Source: a virus. From it: a stretch of DNA of 64,000 bases. The notes beneath the pieces were generated by a model. The model did not search any database and was not told the origin of the DNA. It saw only the letters and a program-made list of their open reading frames with translations. This document shows, piece by piece, positions 23,901 through 30,158 of this stretch (position 1 is the first letter of the stretch; every line of letters starts with the position of its first letter). Location: the IMG/VR virus record IMGVR_UViG_3300031521_000009; one strand, given 5' to 3'. Position numbers and translations under genes: made by a program.

Positions 23901-26488
23901 TCTTTTGAGTTAGTAAGAGCTTGCATTTCCATTTCAACTTGTTTCATAACGGTAACGTTACGTTTCATCAAGTCATTGGCCGCTTTAGAGTTTTGAGTTC
24001 CCTCTTCACGTTTAGTATAATACTCGTATTCAGATAAAGCTTTATTATACTTATCAACTAATGGTTGCTTAGCTTCTTCATTTTCTTTTTGAAGTTGAGC
24101 AATCTGTTCATCAGTAGCAGTAGCACCTGCTTCTTTTGGTTGAAATGATTCAATAGCAGCTTTACTATCGCGCATATCCATGAAAGCTTGACCAGATTTG
24201 TTTAATGATATCTGACCATCAAATCCAGCCTGAGAAAGAATGTTTCTATCAACATCATTCAACCCCATACTTTCATTCAACTCTTTATACGAGTCCACTA
24301 ATTGCACAAATTCGACATACCTCATTTCAGCGAAGTTGTCGATTAATTGTCCCTCTTGATATCCCAATTTTTGTAGAGATGGACTCTTAGGTACTGAGAA
24401 TAAACTTGGATCAAATTGTTCTCCTACAGTAGCATCTTTGATAAGGATATCTTTCACTCCCCACATACCACCATCAGGTTTCTGAATATGATCAGTAGCT
24501 ATATTGATAAGTTCATCACCTTGGCCTTTCAGAACTTTCCATTTCAGTAATTCTTTTTGTTGAGTTTCTGTTTTACTGTCGGGAATACCTTTAATCTTTT
24601 TGATTACGTGAGGAACAGCACCAGTAATAGCAGTCATTAAAGTAGTAGCAAATATGGTTCCTAAAGAAGTATCTGAAAATCCTTCAAATACACCAGTAGT
24701 ACCTATCTGTCCATTACCAACTTCGGAATATGCTGGAGCAGCTTTATCAACTTGCATTTGAACAGTATTGTATAATGCTTGCTCAAAATTTTCTTGAAAG
24801 ACTTCACTAACATTTGCTTTGGCTACATTAGCAAGATAACTTTCATTGTCAACAATACCTTTAATGAATTTGCTATTGTATATCTTAGAGAAACTATCGT
24901 AAACAGCTTCTTTAATAGTCTTGTCAGTAAGTGTACCGGCAGCTTCTTTAGCAGCTAATTTTTGAGCCATTGGAGCATAGATTTCTCTCATAGCCTTTTC
25001 AGCAATGTTTGGTCCTAGTTGTTCACCAATCCATTTATTTGTAAAATGTTCAGTAACGTATGTCAATGGTAAAGCAAAGAATCCAAATTTAGCAGTTGTT
25101 TCCGGACTAACACCATTTTCATCAGCTACACGTTGAAATGAACTATAAGACTGTGAAGTACCAATAGCATTTACTAGAAACTCAGTACCATACTGCAAAG
25201 CTTTTGTTGCAATACCTTTACCAGCAAATGCTGCAGTACCTTCTAATGCAGACATAGCACCACCCGAAGCCATACCTACAGCTATCTGAGGAAGAAGATA
25301 ACCAAGTGTCGGAGCTTGACGTACCATCCAATCAATAGCACCGGTTCCTTGTTCTGTAGATGCTGATTGTTTAAATTCAGCTTGTTTCCAATCATTGAAA
25401 AAACCTTGTAATGCTTTATCTCCTTTTGACCAATTAATCGGTTGTGCTTCTCTACGTAATGAATTACCTACATTAGATGGAAGAGAGCCATAAGAGTAAT
25501 TGAATGCTTTATTCATAGCATCATAATCACCAGATTCAAATGCTTTATCAAGTTCTTCTACAGCCTTTACATTGCCTTGTGCTAAGTTAGCAGCACGTAC
25601 TTTATCATAATGTTTCTGAATGGCTTCATTACCTTGTTTGTAAAGATAAGTTTCATCATGATTCATTGCATTATTGAAAAGTGCACCAACAGAAGAAAAG
25701 GAACTCATAGTACCGGCGGTTGCTGCACTGTAAGCTCCTACAAAGAAATCTTTAATAGAACTACCAAATGTTTCTTTTGGACCCCACTTAGTTGAGTACT
25801 GTCTATCTCCTGCAACAAAAGCATCTGATGGTAATACATCAAATACTTCACGTCCATTGGTAGGGTCAATAGTTGTTGTTACTACTGCCTTTCCATCACC
25901 AAACATCTTATCCATTCCATCCTTTCCAGGGTTAGGAATACGTTTACCATTCTTCAAAATGTATGGTGCAGCAGAAGCACGTTCTTCACCGGTACCGCGT
26001 TCATTATCTTCATTACGAAATGGATCATGATAAGGCCCCCAATCAGGTCTGATATCTTTTACATTACCCAAATCTTTATCATGAACTGCTCTACCAGTAA
26101 CTGCTGAGTTTTGTGTGTCGTGATAAAACTTTAATGCTGATAAGTCAACACCTCTTTTATTTAAACTTACTTTCTTTGCATTCTCTACTTTTGCCTGATT
26201 AAAAGTTTTGATTATTTGACTTGCTGGTAAAGCTTCCGTATCAGTAGGATTTTTTTCTTTTGAGTACTTATCTACATAATAGTTTATATCGTTGAAAACA
26301 GGCTGCTCAGAATGCGCCATAGAGGTAAAGATATCTGCAGTTGATTGCTTATTCTTCAAAGCATCACCAACTACATCAACCTTACCTTGGTAATTTCCTT
26401 CTTGGTCTACAAATGCATCACTAGTCTGTGCTTGATATTTTTCTTCAAGTGTTGGTACTACTGGTTGTGCTTGTTCTTGGTTATCCAT
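8984..26488 (-). CDS. virion-packaged RNA polymerase polyprotein (crAss-type) with SF1 helicase and zincin domains
   Basis: 5834 aa. RNAP catalytic loop NDSDYDIDAL at 12581-12601 (compare DFDID of phi14:2 gp66). Walker A GGDYGTGKT at 21698-21724, plus IDEAS, GDVFQ and LYTAIGR. HEVLH at 18269-18283. Position matches crAss-like RNAP genes. Confidence 0.88.
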   Translation of the reverse strand: MDNQEQAQPVVPTLEEKYQAQTSDAFVDQEGNYQGKVDVVGDALKNKQSTADIFTSMAHSEQPVFNDINYYVDKYSKEKNPTDTEALPASQIIKTFNQAKVENAKKVSLNKRGVDLSALKFYHDTQNSAVTGRAVHDKDLGNVKDIRPDWGPYHDPFRNEDNERGTGEERASAAPYILKNGKRIPNPGKDGMDKMFGDGKAVVTTTIDPTNGREVFDVLPSDAFVAGDRQYSTKWGPKETFGSSIKDFFVGAYSAATAGTMSSFSSVGALFNNAMNHDETYLYKQGNEAIQKHYDKVRAANLAQGNVKAVEELDKAFESGDYDAMNKAFNYSYGSLPSNVGNSLRREAQPINWSKGDKALQGFFNDWKQAEFKQSASTEQGTGAIDWMVRQAPTLGYLLPQIAVGMASGGAMSALEGTAAFAGKGIATKALQYGTEFLVNAIGTSQSYSSFQRVADENGVSPETTAKFGFFALPLTYVTEHFTNKWIGEQLGPNIAEKAMREIYAPMAQKLAAKEAAGTLTDKTIKEAVYDSFSKIYNSKFIKGIVDNESYLANVAKANVSEVFQENFEQALYNTVQMQVDKAAPAYSEVGNGQIGTTGVFEGFSDTSLGTIFATTLMTAITGAVPHVIKKIKGIPDSKTETQQKELLKWKVLKGQGDELINIATDHIQKPDGGMWGVKDILIKDATVGEQFDPSLFSVPKSPSLQKLGYQEGQLIDNFAEMRYVEFVQLVDSYKELNESMGLNDVDRNILSQAGFDGQISLNKSGQAFMDMRDSKAAIESFQPKEAGATATDEQIAQLQKENEEAKQPLVDKYNKALSEYEYYTKREEGTQNSKAANDLMKRNVTVMKQVEMEMQALTNSKEFTREMKNDPNFQRQYAASWENVIKKNFTYENIENLRQRVDEAAQAQQTHANAIINDIDNQTTHATLSSDLNALQQRIGDTLSKPYNEAEHKSLITDVAGLSNRLAKELSVFNDQTSGNVFGTTMDNSKLDELKNKFSSMYDAAKGLTSNIAQQAEGKILTPANEKIDMYGKRVAELEPFITTKQSEYDAQLETINSLPAETSDEQRQQETDKLNAIQQELKHYQDESQTAAEEVGKAERTIESFDDEQFSHDNQLNAAARALGLENVNNQYSSFNGKGKLPFMRIDGQTLEHANETPEQFQKRIKLMREQNTPNGKTFLSNYFTELQDTMKEAEVWINSVLTDQGETYKKEYPDGKFYGTNGSEIIRQEIDRVKKNEHFLYTFKTSERIANEKKVSDHQSQPEREFVSELASKNANGNNTYEIQLRDAIRMADELASKIDGADLANQMLRLHSRVIIHENTFKSVQLFTTLGLRRSDGTQIISQNLIEELNAIGELDPSILDAKGQLTEAQLTQLSKRENIVNNILSEMNVEYNKENSELFSKDNQDLLFEIFREFYVANDSIGEDGKVLNSEGTLLHADDSSSHIGENGSLTNSTRELHARNPLFTMENVGGVSKRKYNFSSSNANDITRLREHLNTLIWIGSKYSMNDMFKIRKMIFTNESNTPLETGEQEAAINSIVGLLSNKTLTSPLSLFANYFLPMHSIATEKGGHHFIESYLSNALTIGGDYGTGKTQFTVGRAFRILRGLDGYSTDKKSSVGKLTVVSITEELSKVHKQSFGAENPTVISYTDFIKGMKSMNTTEGNTYVIDEASLVSENEMKAIKEHFVNTKAKLVFMGDVFQMRDAGSVGHYPLMMLQTMTTHMLTEQFSATSPLLRQLAEACRPAIGAIGRIVKFDKVTEDISGKTKLGARFFASHMDVWNSFIDGLATNPDRAAIFLDQDALDAFTKDNDTLKKQIEANKDKIYFALRRGVNDNKLLQGLRQKEIYAVFRQSDSSQIAKPITTSLMASALYTAIGRSSSWYGMVGDTSLNVDRSLAASTGLPEEALNAIQLQQKEKFRAIETLRLQGLNTDMNSMSMEAQKVATAPIANPTVTTPNPSNNNQNQTSGKEVGLKINYFNADGDLIDTATVDADWEIKKVGNRDVLSINWNGQTKFNNTIDPNISIKDNLIKHITGFESILRTSQSTENPITLVEENSVEDYEHKGTALKVGESYYDNNEKDIFQLLSINESVFSDGSTQYEITGIYPDENQTVSTVLSDNEDFSVPTAIIEEVKPVVPNEVSQLSRERFLNNSTAIFDKNKNKSHIFWATSATLVGASDSLSQENGKLRRAINDAFISNLSQYKHLFQLKAEKQNTTGWDKDNKTAKYDMIVLSFDPTNKGLVGEQLQAIQDIFMGTIAEDYVNAIIKKHSVNPNGTSIKAMDIPVYSIINDIFTTPGLNGGKFSNAIGSMTLPSVISIDGSGKISYTSFDVKETELEKQKTEKQRLVDAWNAVINNPIFAPVQSELIKQRDMNMSIYDTHASITDKVNVDFHDMGIRKVEYSNNESDLTTVTDLLKDFPGAQTDITPLYIDGRLRLNVQLNSNESIRLVVQMPKFSQSITSKNETIKQRANASMDSIIGRIKAEEDFISQEILSSTILSDEQKWKAKQTAFSKTTIYKLLRANLSTLKNSTQATDKAIFAFIKIQQKSKTFLDINLDSFKTDKDRNSGFDSQYKELSDFLSKKDNLAMSGLYDFLTLNNETYTTHVSGKETIDMLNVQALGINNKSFYVGLDKVEPITSPTPPVNKPGKKKLPNIGLEETQYSSPDVEPIQQSIDRVALRLGQSYTESELFLTQEGKIRLNGLTASGMVQDNTIMTLAAENGMMPRSTVDHEVLHVVYRNFINTDAKAMLLQAAQVINKYEQGTPINGDKELEEWIARDYAKQERATTKDKNVNIALRLYNQFKSFLKDIVMGLRGVYGSNKQLKNLYNQINNGEFANRVPEMNTEKSDIAFEEYESDTTSEETVQSTNESSSKRLLIASQMEEALKKELYNTESLVIAKSGLRMSILQNSIFSNTKNSNINSLSESINSIIEEGKEYQELYGETMATVITQNEQGELEENEMAVKDIVENGEPLNIKLSDINGRNSIDAYKIYSDKNIRMIVQTMLPSYDMMNDSFEKEVGAGERFDWDGYSSEQNVSDIQKLYLSSIPLINTNGSAVFDARGKVKFLDQKQVHSLMIDLGMRVSQMDGVTDKVSALKSIMEGFIDNSEIDESNRYLNPAAEVIHSMYNYMFEAKGKGTDFSLDYSNHYISEENYDGRYKGLLERSYQNEQEWKQEVGAQNSDATWSWDAKQEDQKRKIEQAKDLLNSLVSVYTSFNVKDQVKFTYYDDTMKSTHYYKDFWRGTAEEIKRIQGYKILNGELNTNSISFFKENMSIDYTDIKVSRYNNVTNKTSFLKYENGRFKFANKEGVIATSKKFGNTTMSPFSTDMLNTKGEYAHIVDIFNRIKGQFALKGVTPAMFKSLMVANSWSEVTDNMKTINKIGYVSNFNSEIQANYATPSDFMADYLGAMITLYNQYSKNYTEETLKANEDINKPAKKVIIQRNLLNHIRYNTKESLSPLTRIQSITGSDIVLGFLNRTTPKNLITFEVQPDIVENEEITNDVSSMRYVTPEDMFVSSNMIASIQQKLGGQTNDTHRYTAKGTATYSVALKTTLNEEFDAFKQDPTDTTKITGFIESIGENRSLGFTSIGKTKIDTSDFIDTSINMFMQEMVKSKARPVIYVPTTTVSDTGKIIFAKVESTLINTDNGFNIDYSVAGTEVLREYDKIKKRINTSRSNLNNALMEINKSLSTKTKFLNAPAENNEAHFTKGLRKQMIDVSKEAQANGTFDQLRNMFDATSLTKDLSGKGSYELSYETVDGIDVIIPGNAVTGKIDQFNMINKQSKIEKIRSLTNDVKSGKVESLPKLERAIMRLFENDFAKFTDMIANYGFKPVQSMNNLTKNTIGDKNPTNTTDKNPYYQQLEKSEIRFNQPMFGFYMATMFANNHIDDFSLNPFSFKNYLDKVKRNGPIHTPAQSVLTQGTKEVVQNNVRYQLHTPTLTTESPIVFYRDNMVDGGNTYQEIDGQKVLANNGNMMKPEDGQITINPFHYLQTLNSIGGTKTVIGNASMYKGLTNFRRADGTYSQIKRGDKVITGFDMQHTYYRNMFMRMLAETDRQLVARVGEESFNENKLSFTDKFKELYDDKNNQKEFNDIIVDMMNWIDNQQYYQDRITINPDGIERAGHMYNSIVAFMAPVSTQKGSVTSVNTYDALNDVDYSQPLNMDVVDNTKTKIVMNPSQDTDINAKLQAAPSQQDATGLGVSNNPEISSLYSAYMENKQGLQTALRKELEESISKYGEVEAAKQFKNIDWSKYDVSTLTEQQKSEIDPAIKQLMDFMRDRVVNSLRTSGQDMAFIELFSDMDVSMQLPMMRSKVLQSYRNMANQSIQARTKGIRLTQTVGEYLEEFVRDGKIYSRNDAINELRPGTNYRDYSFDEYNSDAMNQELAAAGFTMQRLQDMNIVNGKTTVGHISMPNVYAKVYGHRSNESLIDIQHINLGTERIALDSSNLYDKLMAGLSEDADMSLNQWSAFVDSPMIRKAIKNLKIETYVDELINPSVDNDGKRFISKRIANLIDSTREMTTEELQSEVNATNESILEAINSMELQSTDLANPDKVIAALMGSGEILEQILTEAQQLLKDFEESNTSFLSRVPATFLGSGGVFKTAMFHNGGNVVYIPTGMTLRNDSDYDIDALTMYSNSLDSKGHIIQKGADGHRNKMNALRNTITLHSGNQESLFLTSSLDKINEVMKQKEKLVDNLQNNSIRSIYESYSRNKAGADAIGILANSLTVSSIIISSSVNKFVETGTHSGIQNFINENAPKGKIKTGLNGFVIELGTWGQGALDNAKNNTFANYAISPVGINILAVLKLNGMNNSEVYDFFNNKNIRNLFHTYSGKTSIMTKSADFNLWKMASTEVDKIASRIEHFNNTNVSQWLESKGLSWKSNVHDTEKYSLELETTDVLLQQSIDDLLMKELTSYYKNNKEAFKNSPYDFTGSDKEQLLQQWKKDNGFDDENLFTYKNNKIVFDKTDVSNFDIKDLDSISTEVANELKLMVRSRANINIARTDIQGLRYMKMVPKLSVTADALYRLSTIMGMRNGIPSLDKDFRTMINTVQQTIGMSLQEYNSNPASDMNVAKHMAYYTINNDAYNKEQDEKKKAFMFSQEQLVANEINMGKLIKNLPQIDYILQELYRQELITKQSFMADNEAIEKDVVKSFLKLQNRTTLNFGGEVAAVSTAINDIMLDKYYATIGESAIMKGQYIYQAVGNTYENPSQNLDLSSLFDRQSFVKNFPQFMMDIVEHSDNIDYLNKTVQSELPAEEWIRFAVNPLIKLFTIGGKFDVKLLLDVNTKEMTEQRVAQLKDYFNSLPKEYKEMLINYEIIANRMSYRQGGLLQVIGVDFYKGPISKVYNDTYAELRSSLGLDSLVPNKYRKSVTFNSDIRERIYDYLGLQPEFAQYLSPKAVVNENSPKYAYQFETKTIDGEKVNTGHRINLKLNDNNAYEVFGNITSLGMSTMAGENMTSELRSFQTTPEEEYNLSLANRDNNDLILHQGSRAWVSEGQFLYTRSGKLIRVIKVKGTNFEYRLANDSDITYRMEQKEMDTQKRNNRIQLKEGTLQHSIFDPNATSLTENEVTKPMEYKVKGNMFLSQLNINTLTNDGVETRISIFDNKNKFNSINEVLDAYKYKVLSTIGEKTKNFPWDLKNYQNEEHRRNKINKYIRNLVDDVQVVETEKNANEIKQIKIAMAQLNFKQSLIVKALVQARALAYISSQGKNMVEQLTSKISSTDFLANQKTTFNKEVEDMSVGITTYGKVARSAIVEMINPAVRAEMKATESKRSEMLNTLEGSLELFDSEIAKKDSKKEVAEGEPAIGTPAQDNESDNNDEKNKCK

Positions 26489-26507
26489 AATTTATATTGA
26501 GTATTGA

Positions 26508-28778
26508 TTATTGAATTGATTGTCTACTTCCAAAATTGTAATTGTCATTTGGATTGGCATTTTCTTGTTTTTGTTTATCAAGCATATTAAGATATTCAGC
26601 TTTCTCTCCAGGTTGTAGTTTACCAGTACTTTCAAGATTATTGATAATACCAATACTTTTTAAATAAGCTCTTTGTGGATCAGCTTTAAAATCAATATTA
26701 TTCTTTGCTTGAATATCTACTAACCTTGCTTTTGGAGTTGTTCCAACATATACTTTATTTGTAGCTTGATCATCTATAAACCCATTCCTAGTAAATCTTT
26801 TTTCAAGATTTGCTGTACGTGCATTAGCTGTTCTTTGTTGAGCTGCATTAGCATTCTGTTCTCCACCAGCAATAAGATTACTTTCAGTTAATGTTTCTTG
26901 TTGTTTGCTAGTATTGTACTTATTGATAGCATTACGTCCTTCTTGAGCTGCCGTAGATGGTCCTTCAACTTGTAATGGTACTTGATAGATATCTTCTCCA
27001 AAACCAAATCCAAAACCAGGTGCATCACTAATCTTTGTAATATGATTTTTTGGATTCTTGGCAAGTTCTGATATCGGAGTAAGAACTGGTGTCTTACCAT
27101 CGACTGCAAAAGGTATCTTAGTATCGCCAGTCAATTGAGTAGTAGCTGTCACATAGTTTTGAACAATAGGTTTACCATTTTCATCCGCTTGAATACGTGA
27201 AAGCATATATCCACCTTTCTCTCTTGGAACCTTATCAAATCGTGCTGTTTTCATTAAGTCCGAAGTAAGACCAGTAATCTTGGCATTCTTATCATTTGCA
27301 AATAATACATCCGGTTTAAATGGAACACCATTAAACATAGCGATTGGTTGATTAGTGATTTGCTCAGTCTTACCTTGTACATTTAAATCAGGGAACAAAG
27401 AGTTTTCAAGTGTCTTACGTTCATCACCGGTAACAGTACTTGTATAGTATTTCAATGAACCAAAACCTTGCATTCCATCAGTAGGATTTTCAACAAAGAA
27501 ACTTCCGGTATTTGGATTGGTAGGTTTAGAGTAAATGATATCAATAGACGACATAGCATTCTTATCTTGTGCTTCATCATGTTTAAGTTTTTCTGATATT
27601 CCAGATTTCTGAGTATTATTAAAATCTCGTAGTCCTTTAGTATCATTTGCAGCAGTAGCATAAACATAACGTTGTGCTTCTGTCATGATAGCATCAGCTA
27701 ATCGTTTCTGTTCTGCTAAATTTTTATCCCGGGCTTCTGTATCTGATGTAGGTATTCTTTTTGCTTGTTGTTTAAGCAATTCAATACTTGCAATAACTTG
27801 CTCACCACTAGCACGAGTATAATCATTCTTAGTAATAGTTCTACCTTTTGCATCTTTAGCTATTGATGTGGTTCCAGTAGGTACTATCAATGTTCCATTC
27901 AATGCTGAACTCATAGCATAAGCCCGAGCATCTTCTGGTAAGTTTTGCCACATACTACTAGCAGCATTTTTCATATTGGTATAATTATCAGAACGTGACC
28001 AATCCCAACTTCTTAATCCATCATCTCGATTCCCAGCATTAGCCATTTGTTTAGCTGAAGCAGCATCTATTCTACCTTTAATTTCTTTACTGAAATCAAG
28101 TGAGTTCATCATTTTTAGTGATGGGTCTAATGTATGACTTGGAGCAATACCACCACTACCATTAGCAGTAATGCCGGCATCCCACGAGTTACGTTCTTGA
28201 AGAGTATTATAACTATGAAGCTTTACTGCATTACGGCCACCAGGTGTTTTAGTAAAGTCTAATGCAAATGGTTTATCTAGTTGTAGAAAATCCTCAGCAC
28301 TTTGAGCCTTACCTAAATTTGGATTGGTAACAGCTATCTCTTGACCAATACCTTTTTTAGTAATTTCATTGTTTACATTTTCCCATTGAGACTTAGCAAA
28401 CTTAGCTTGTTGTTCAGCAACTCCAAATTGTGATTTCTTTTGAAACAAATCTTGCAACTCAGCATCATAAGCAGTTTCATATTGTTTCAATTTTTCCGGA
28501 TCAGATTCATTCTTTATCTTTTCAGCATAAATGTTTGGTAGCATGCTGATACGATTTGTAATTTGATTACGATAATCATACAATGCTTTTGTATGACCAG
28601 GTAATAGTTCTTCCATCTTATCATCAGACGCAGCTTTAGGACTAGCAGTAGCTCTTGCTCTACTAACCCTATTACCATCATTAGCCAATAAGATGCGTGG
28701 GTCAAGAGATATGCCAGGACCTACTTGTGTCTGTGTAGCATATCCAACCGGATTAATATTGTTTCCCCATATTGACAT
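26508..28778 (-). CDS. internal virion / cargo protein (756 aa)
   Basis: Lies between the muzzle/cargo genes and vRNAP as in crAss-like phages; Cys-free and rich in A/Q/N/K. Confidence 0.6.
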   Translation of the reverse strand: MSIWGNNINPVGYATQTQVGPGISLDPRILLANDGNRVSRARATASPKAASDDKMEELLPGHTKALYDYRNQITNRISMLPNIYAEKIKNESDPEKLKQYETAYDAELQDLFQKKSQFGVAEQQAKFAKSQWENVNNEITKKGIGQEIAVTNPNLGKAQSAEDFLQLDKPFALDFTKTPGGRNAVKLHSYNTLQERNSWDAGITANGSGGIAPSHTLDPSLKMMNSLDFSKEIKGRIDAASAKQMANAGNRDDGLRSWDWSRSDNYTNMKNAASSMWQNLPEDARAYAMSSALNGTLIVPTGTTSIAKDAKGRTITKNDYTRASGEQVIASIELLKQQAKRIPTSDTEARDKNLAEQKRLADAIMTEAQRYVYATAANDTKGLRDFNNTQKSGISEKLKHDEAQDKNAMSSIDIIYSKPTNPNTGSFFVENPTDGMQGFGSLKYYTSTVTGDERKTLENSLFPDLNVQGKTEQITNQPIAMFNGVPFKPDVLFANDKNAKITGLTSDLMKTARFDKVPREKGGYMLSRIQADENGKPIVQNYVTATTQLTGDTKIPFAVDGKTPVLTPISELAKNPKNHITKISDAPGFGFGFGEDIYQVPLQVEGPSTAAQEGRNAINKYNTSKQQETLTESNLIAGGEQNANAAQQRTANARTANLEKRFTRNGFIDDQATNKVYVGTTPKARLVDIQAKNNIDFKADPQRAYLKSIGIINNLESTGKLQPGEKAEYLNMLDKQKQENANPNDNYNFGSRQSIQ

Positions 28779-29752
28779 TATTTAGTTCCTCCCCAAGTTC
28801 GTTTATAAAATGATTGTTGACTAGCCTTAGCTTTAGTAAGATTATCATATATTACTTTTCGTCTTACTGGATTATCTTCTGTCGCTAATTGATTCTCTAA
28901 TGCAGCTACTGTATCATCTTCGATAGCTTGATTCTTTGTTGCTGCAATACTCTCGTTATTGATAATCGAATTTAAACCACTTGTAAGGTCGTTTTTAATC
29001 TGACTGATACCTTGACCTATCACACCTGATTTAAATCTGTCAGCTTCGTTCTGAATAGCTGTGTTAGCTTGATTACGCTGTGCTAAGGTCTGTGCATTCA
29101 TAGCTGCAGTTTGATTATCTGTCTGAGCATTGATTTGCTGTTCTTGATTCTTTATCTTACTAATCTCAGATGATATTTGATTCTGTCCATAGATACCTTT
29201 TGCAACTAATGATGGATCAACTAAACCAAAACGACGATTTGTTTCTCTACCCTGAGCTAATTGTCCAGTAATACTATCTTGCATTGCTTGCTTTTGTTCT
29301 GCATCAATAAGAGATACATGAGTTGCTTCAATAGGTGCCTGATAAGGAATAAGTGCCGGCTTATAATCACTAGCTCTATTTATCCCTACAAGGTCTGTAG
29401 CGACACTTAATGCAGTATTGACACCAGTAGCTATGTTAGCCCATTTAGATAGCCCATAGATACCTTTCTTATCACCAGGTGGTGGTACATCTTTTGGTAG
29501 TCCTTCCGGAGTATTATCAATATACCGTGTTTGTGCTAATGCATTCAGTGGTTTAGAACTTACTGCAACTGGTGTCGGAGTTGGTAATGGTAAAGTAGAA
29601 GGAGTTTGTTCTTTACGAAGTGCTAAGCGTTGTTCGTCATTCATCAATGGAACAATAGGATCAAGTTTCTTTTTCAGTAATATATTCGCTCCATTATCCA
29701 TATTTGTATATGGTGGTGTGAATGATAATTTTGGATTAAATAGTTTTGCCAT
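28778..29752 (-). CDS. cargo / DNA-ejection protein (324 aa)
   Basis: Q/N/A-rich coiled coil with an amphipathic segment (WANIATGVNTALSVA); synteny. Confidence 0.55.
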   Translation of the reverse strand: MAKLFNPKLSFTPPYTNMDNGANILLKKKLDPIVPLMNDEQRLALRKEQTPSTLPLPTPTPVAVSSKPLNALAQTRYIDNTPEGLPKDVPPPGDKKGIYGLSKWANIATGVNTALSVATDLVGINRASDYKPALIPYQAPIEATHVSLIDAEQKQAMQDSITGQLAQGRETNRRFGLVDPSLVAKGIYGQNQISSEISKIKNQEQQINAQTDNQTAAMNAQTLAQRNQANTAIQNEADRFKSGVIGQGISQIKNDLTSGLNSIINNESIAATKNQAIEDDTVAALENQLATEDNPVRRKVIYDNLTKAKASQQSFYKRTWGGTK

Positions 29753-29756
29753 AATA

Positions 29757-30158
29757 TTACATTAATCTTTGGTTTATAATTCCAGTACCACCTGCTGATG
29801 GAACTGGATTAGAAGGATTGATCATTTGATTAATCGACTTCAAACTTTGACTTACACCTTCTTGTGTGTACATCATTTTATTTTGTTCTGATACTTGCTG
29901 AGAAGAAGCTAATTGATTTTTCTCACCTACAATCTGATTTTGATAATCCTCTTGATAAGCTTGTTGTCTTTCTTCTTCTTTCTTTTTAGCACTAGCTCCA
30001 AACAAACTAGCGATACCACCAATACCTGCAATTACTGCACCTGGTACTGCACCAACACCAGTAGCACTAAGAGTAGCACCAAGTGTCATTAAACCAGAAC
30101 CACCGGCAGACAAAGTGTCGCCAGTGGAATTTCTTTTAGGGGGTTGATAAACGGCCAT
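29757..30158 (-). CDS. small ejection protein with glycine-zipper transmembrane segments
   Basis: GGSGLMTLGATLSATGVGAVPGAVIAGIGGIASLFGA followed by a KKKEEERQQ coiled coil. Confidence 0.6.
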   Translation of the reverse strand: MAVYQPPKRNSTGDTLSAGGSGLMTLGATLSATGVGAVPGAVIAGIGGIASLFGASAKKKEEERQQAYQEDYQNQIVGEKNQLASSQQVSEQNKMMYTQEGVSQSLKSINQMINPSNPVPSAGGTGIINQRLM

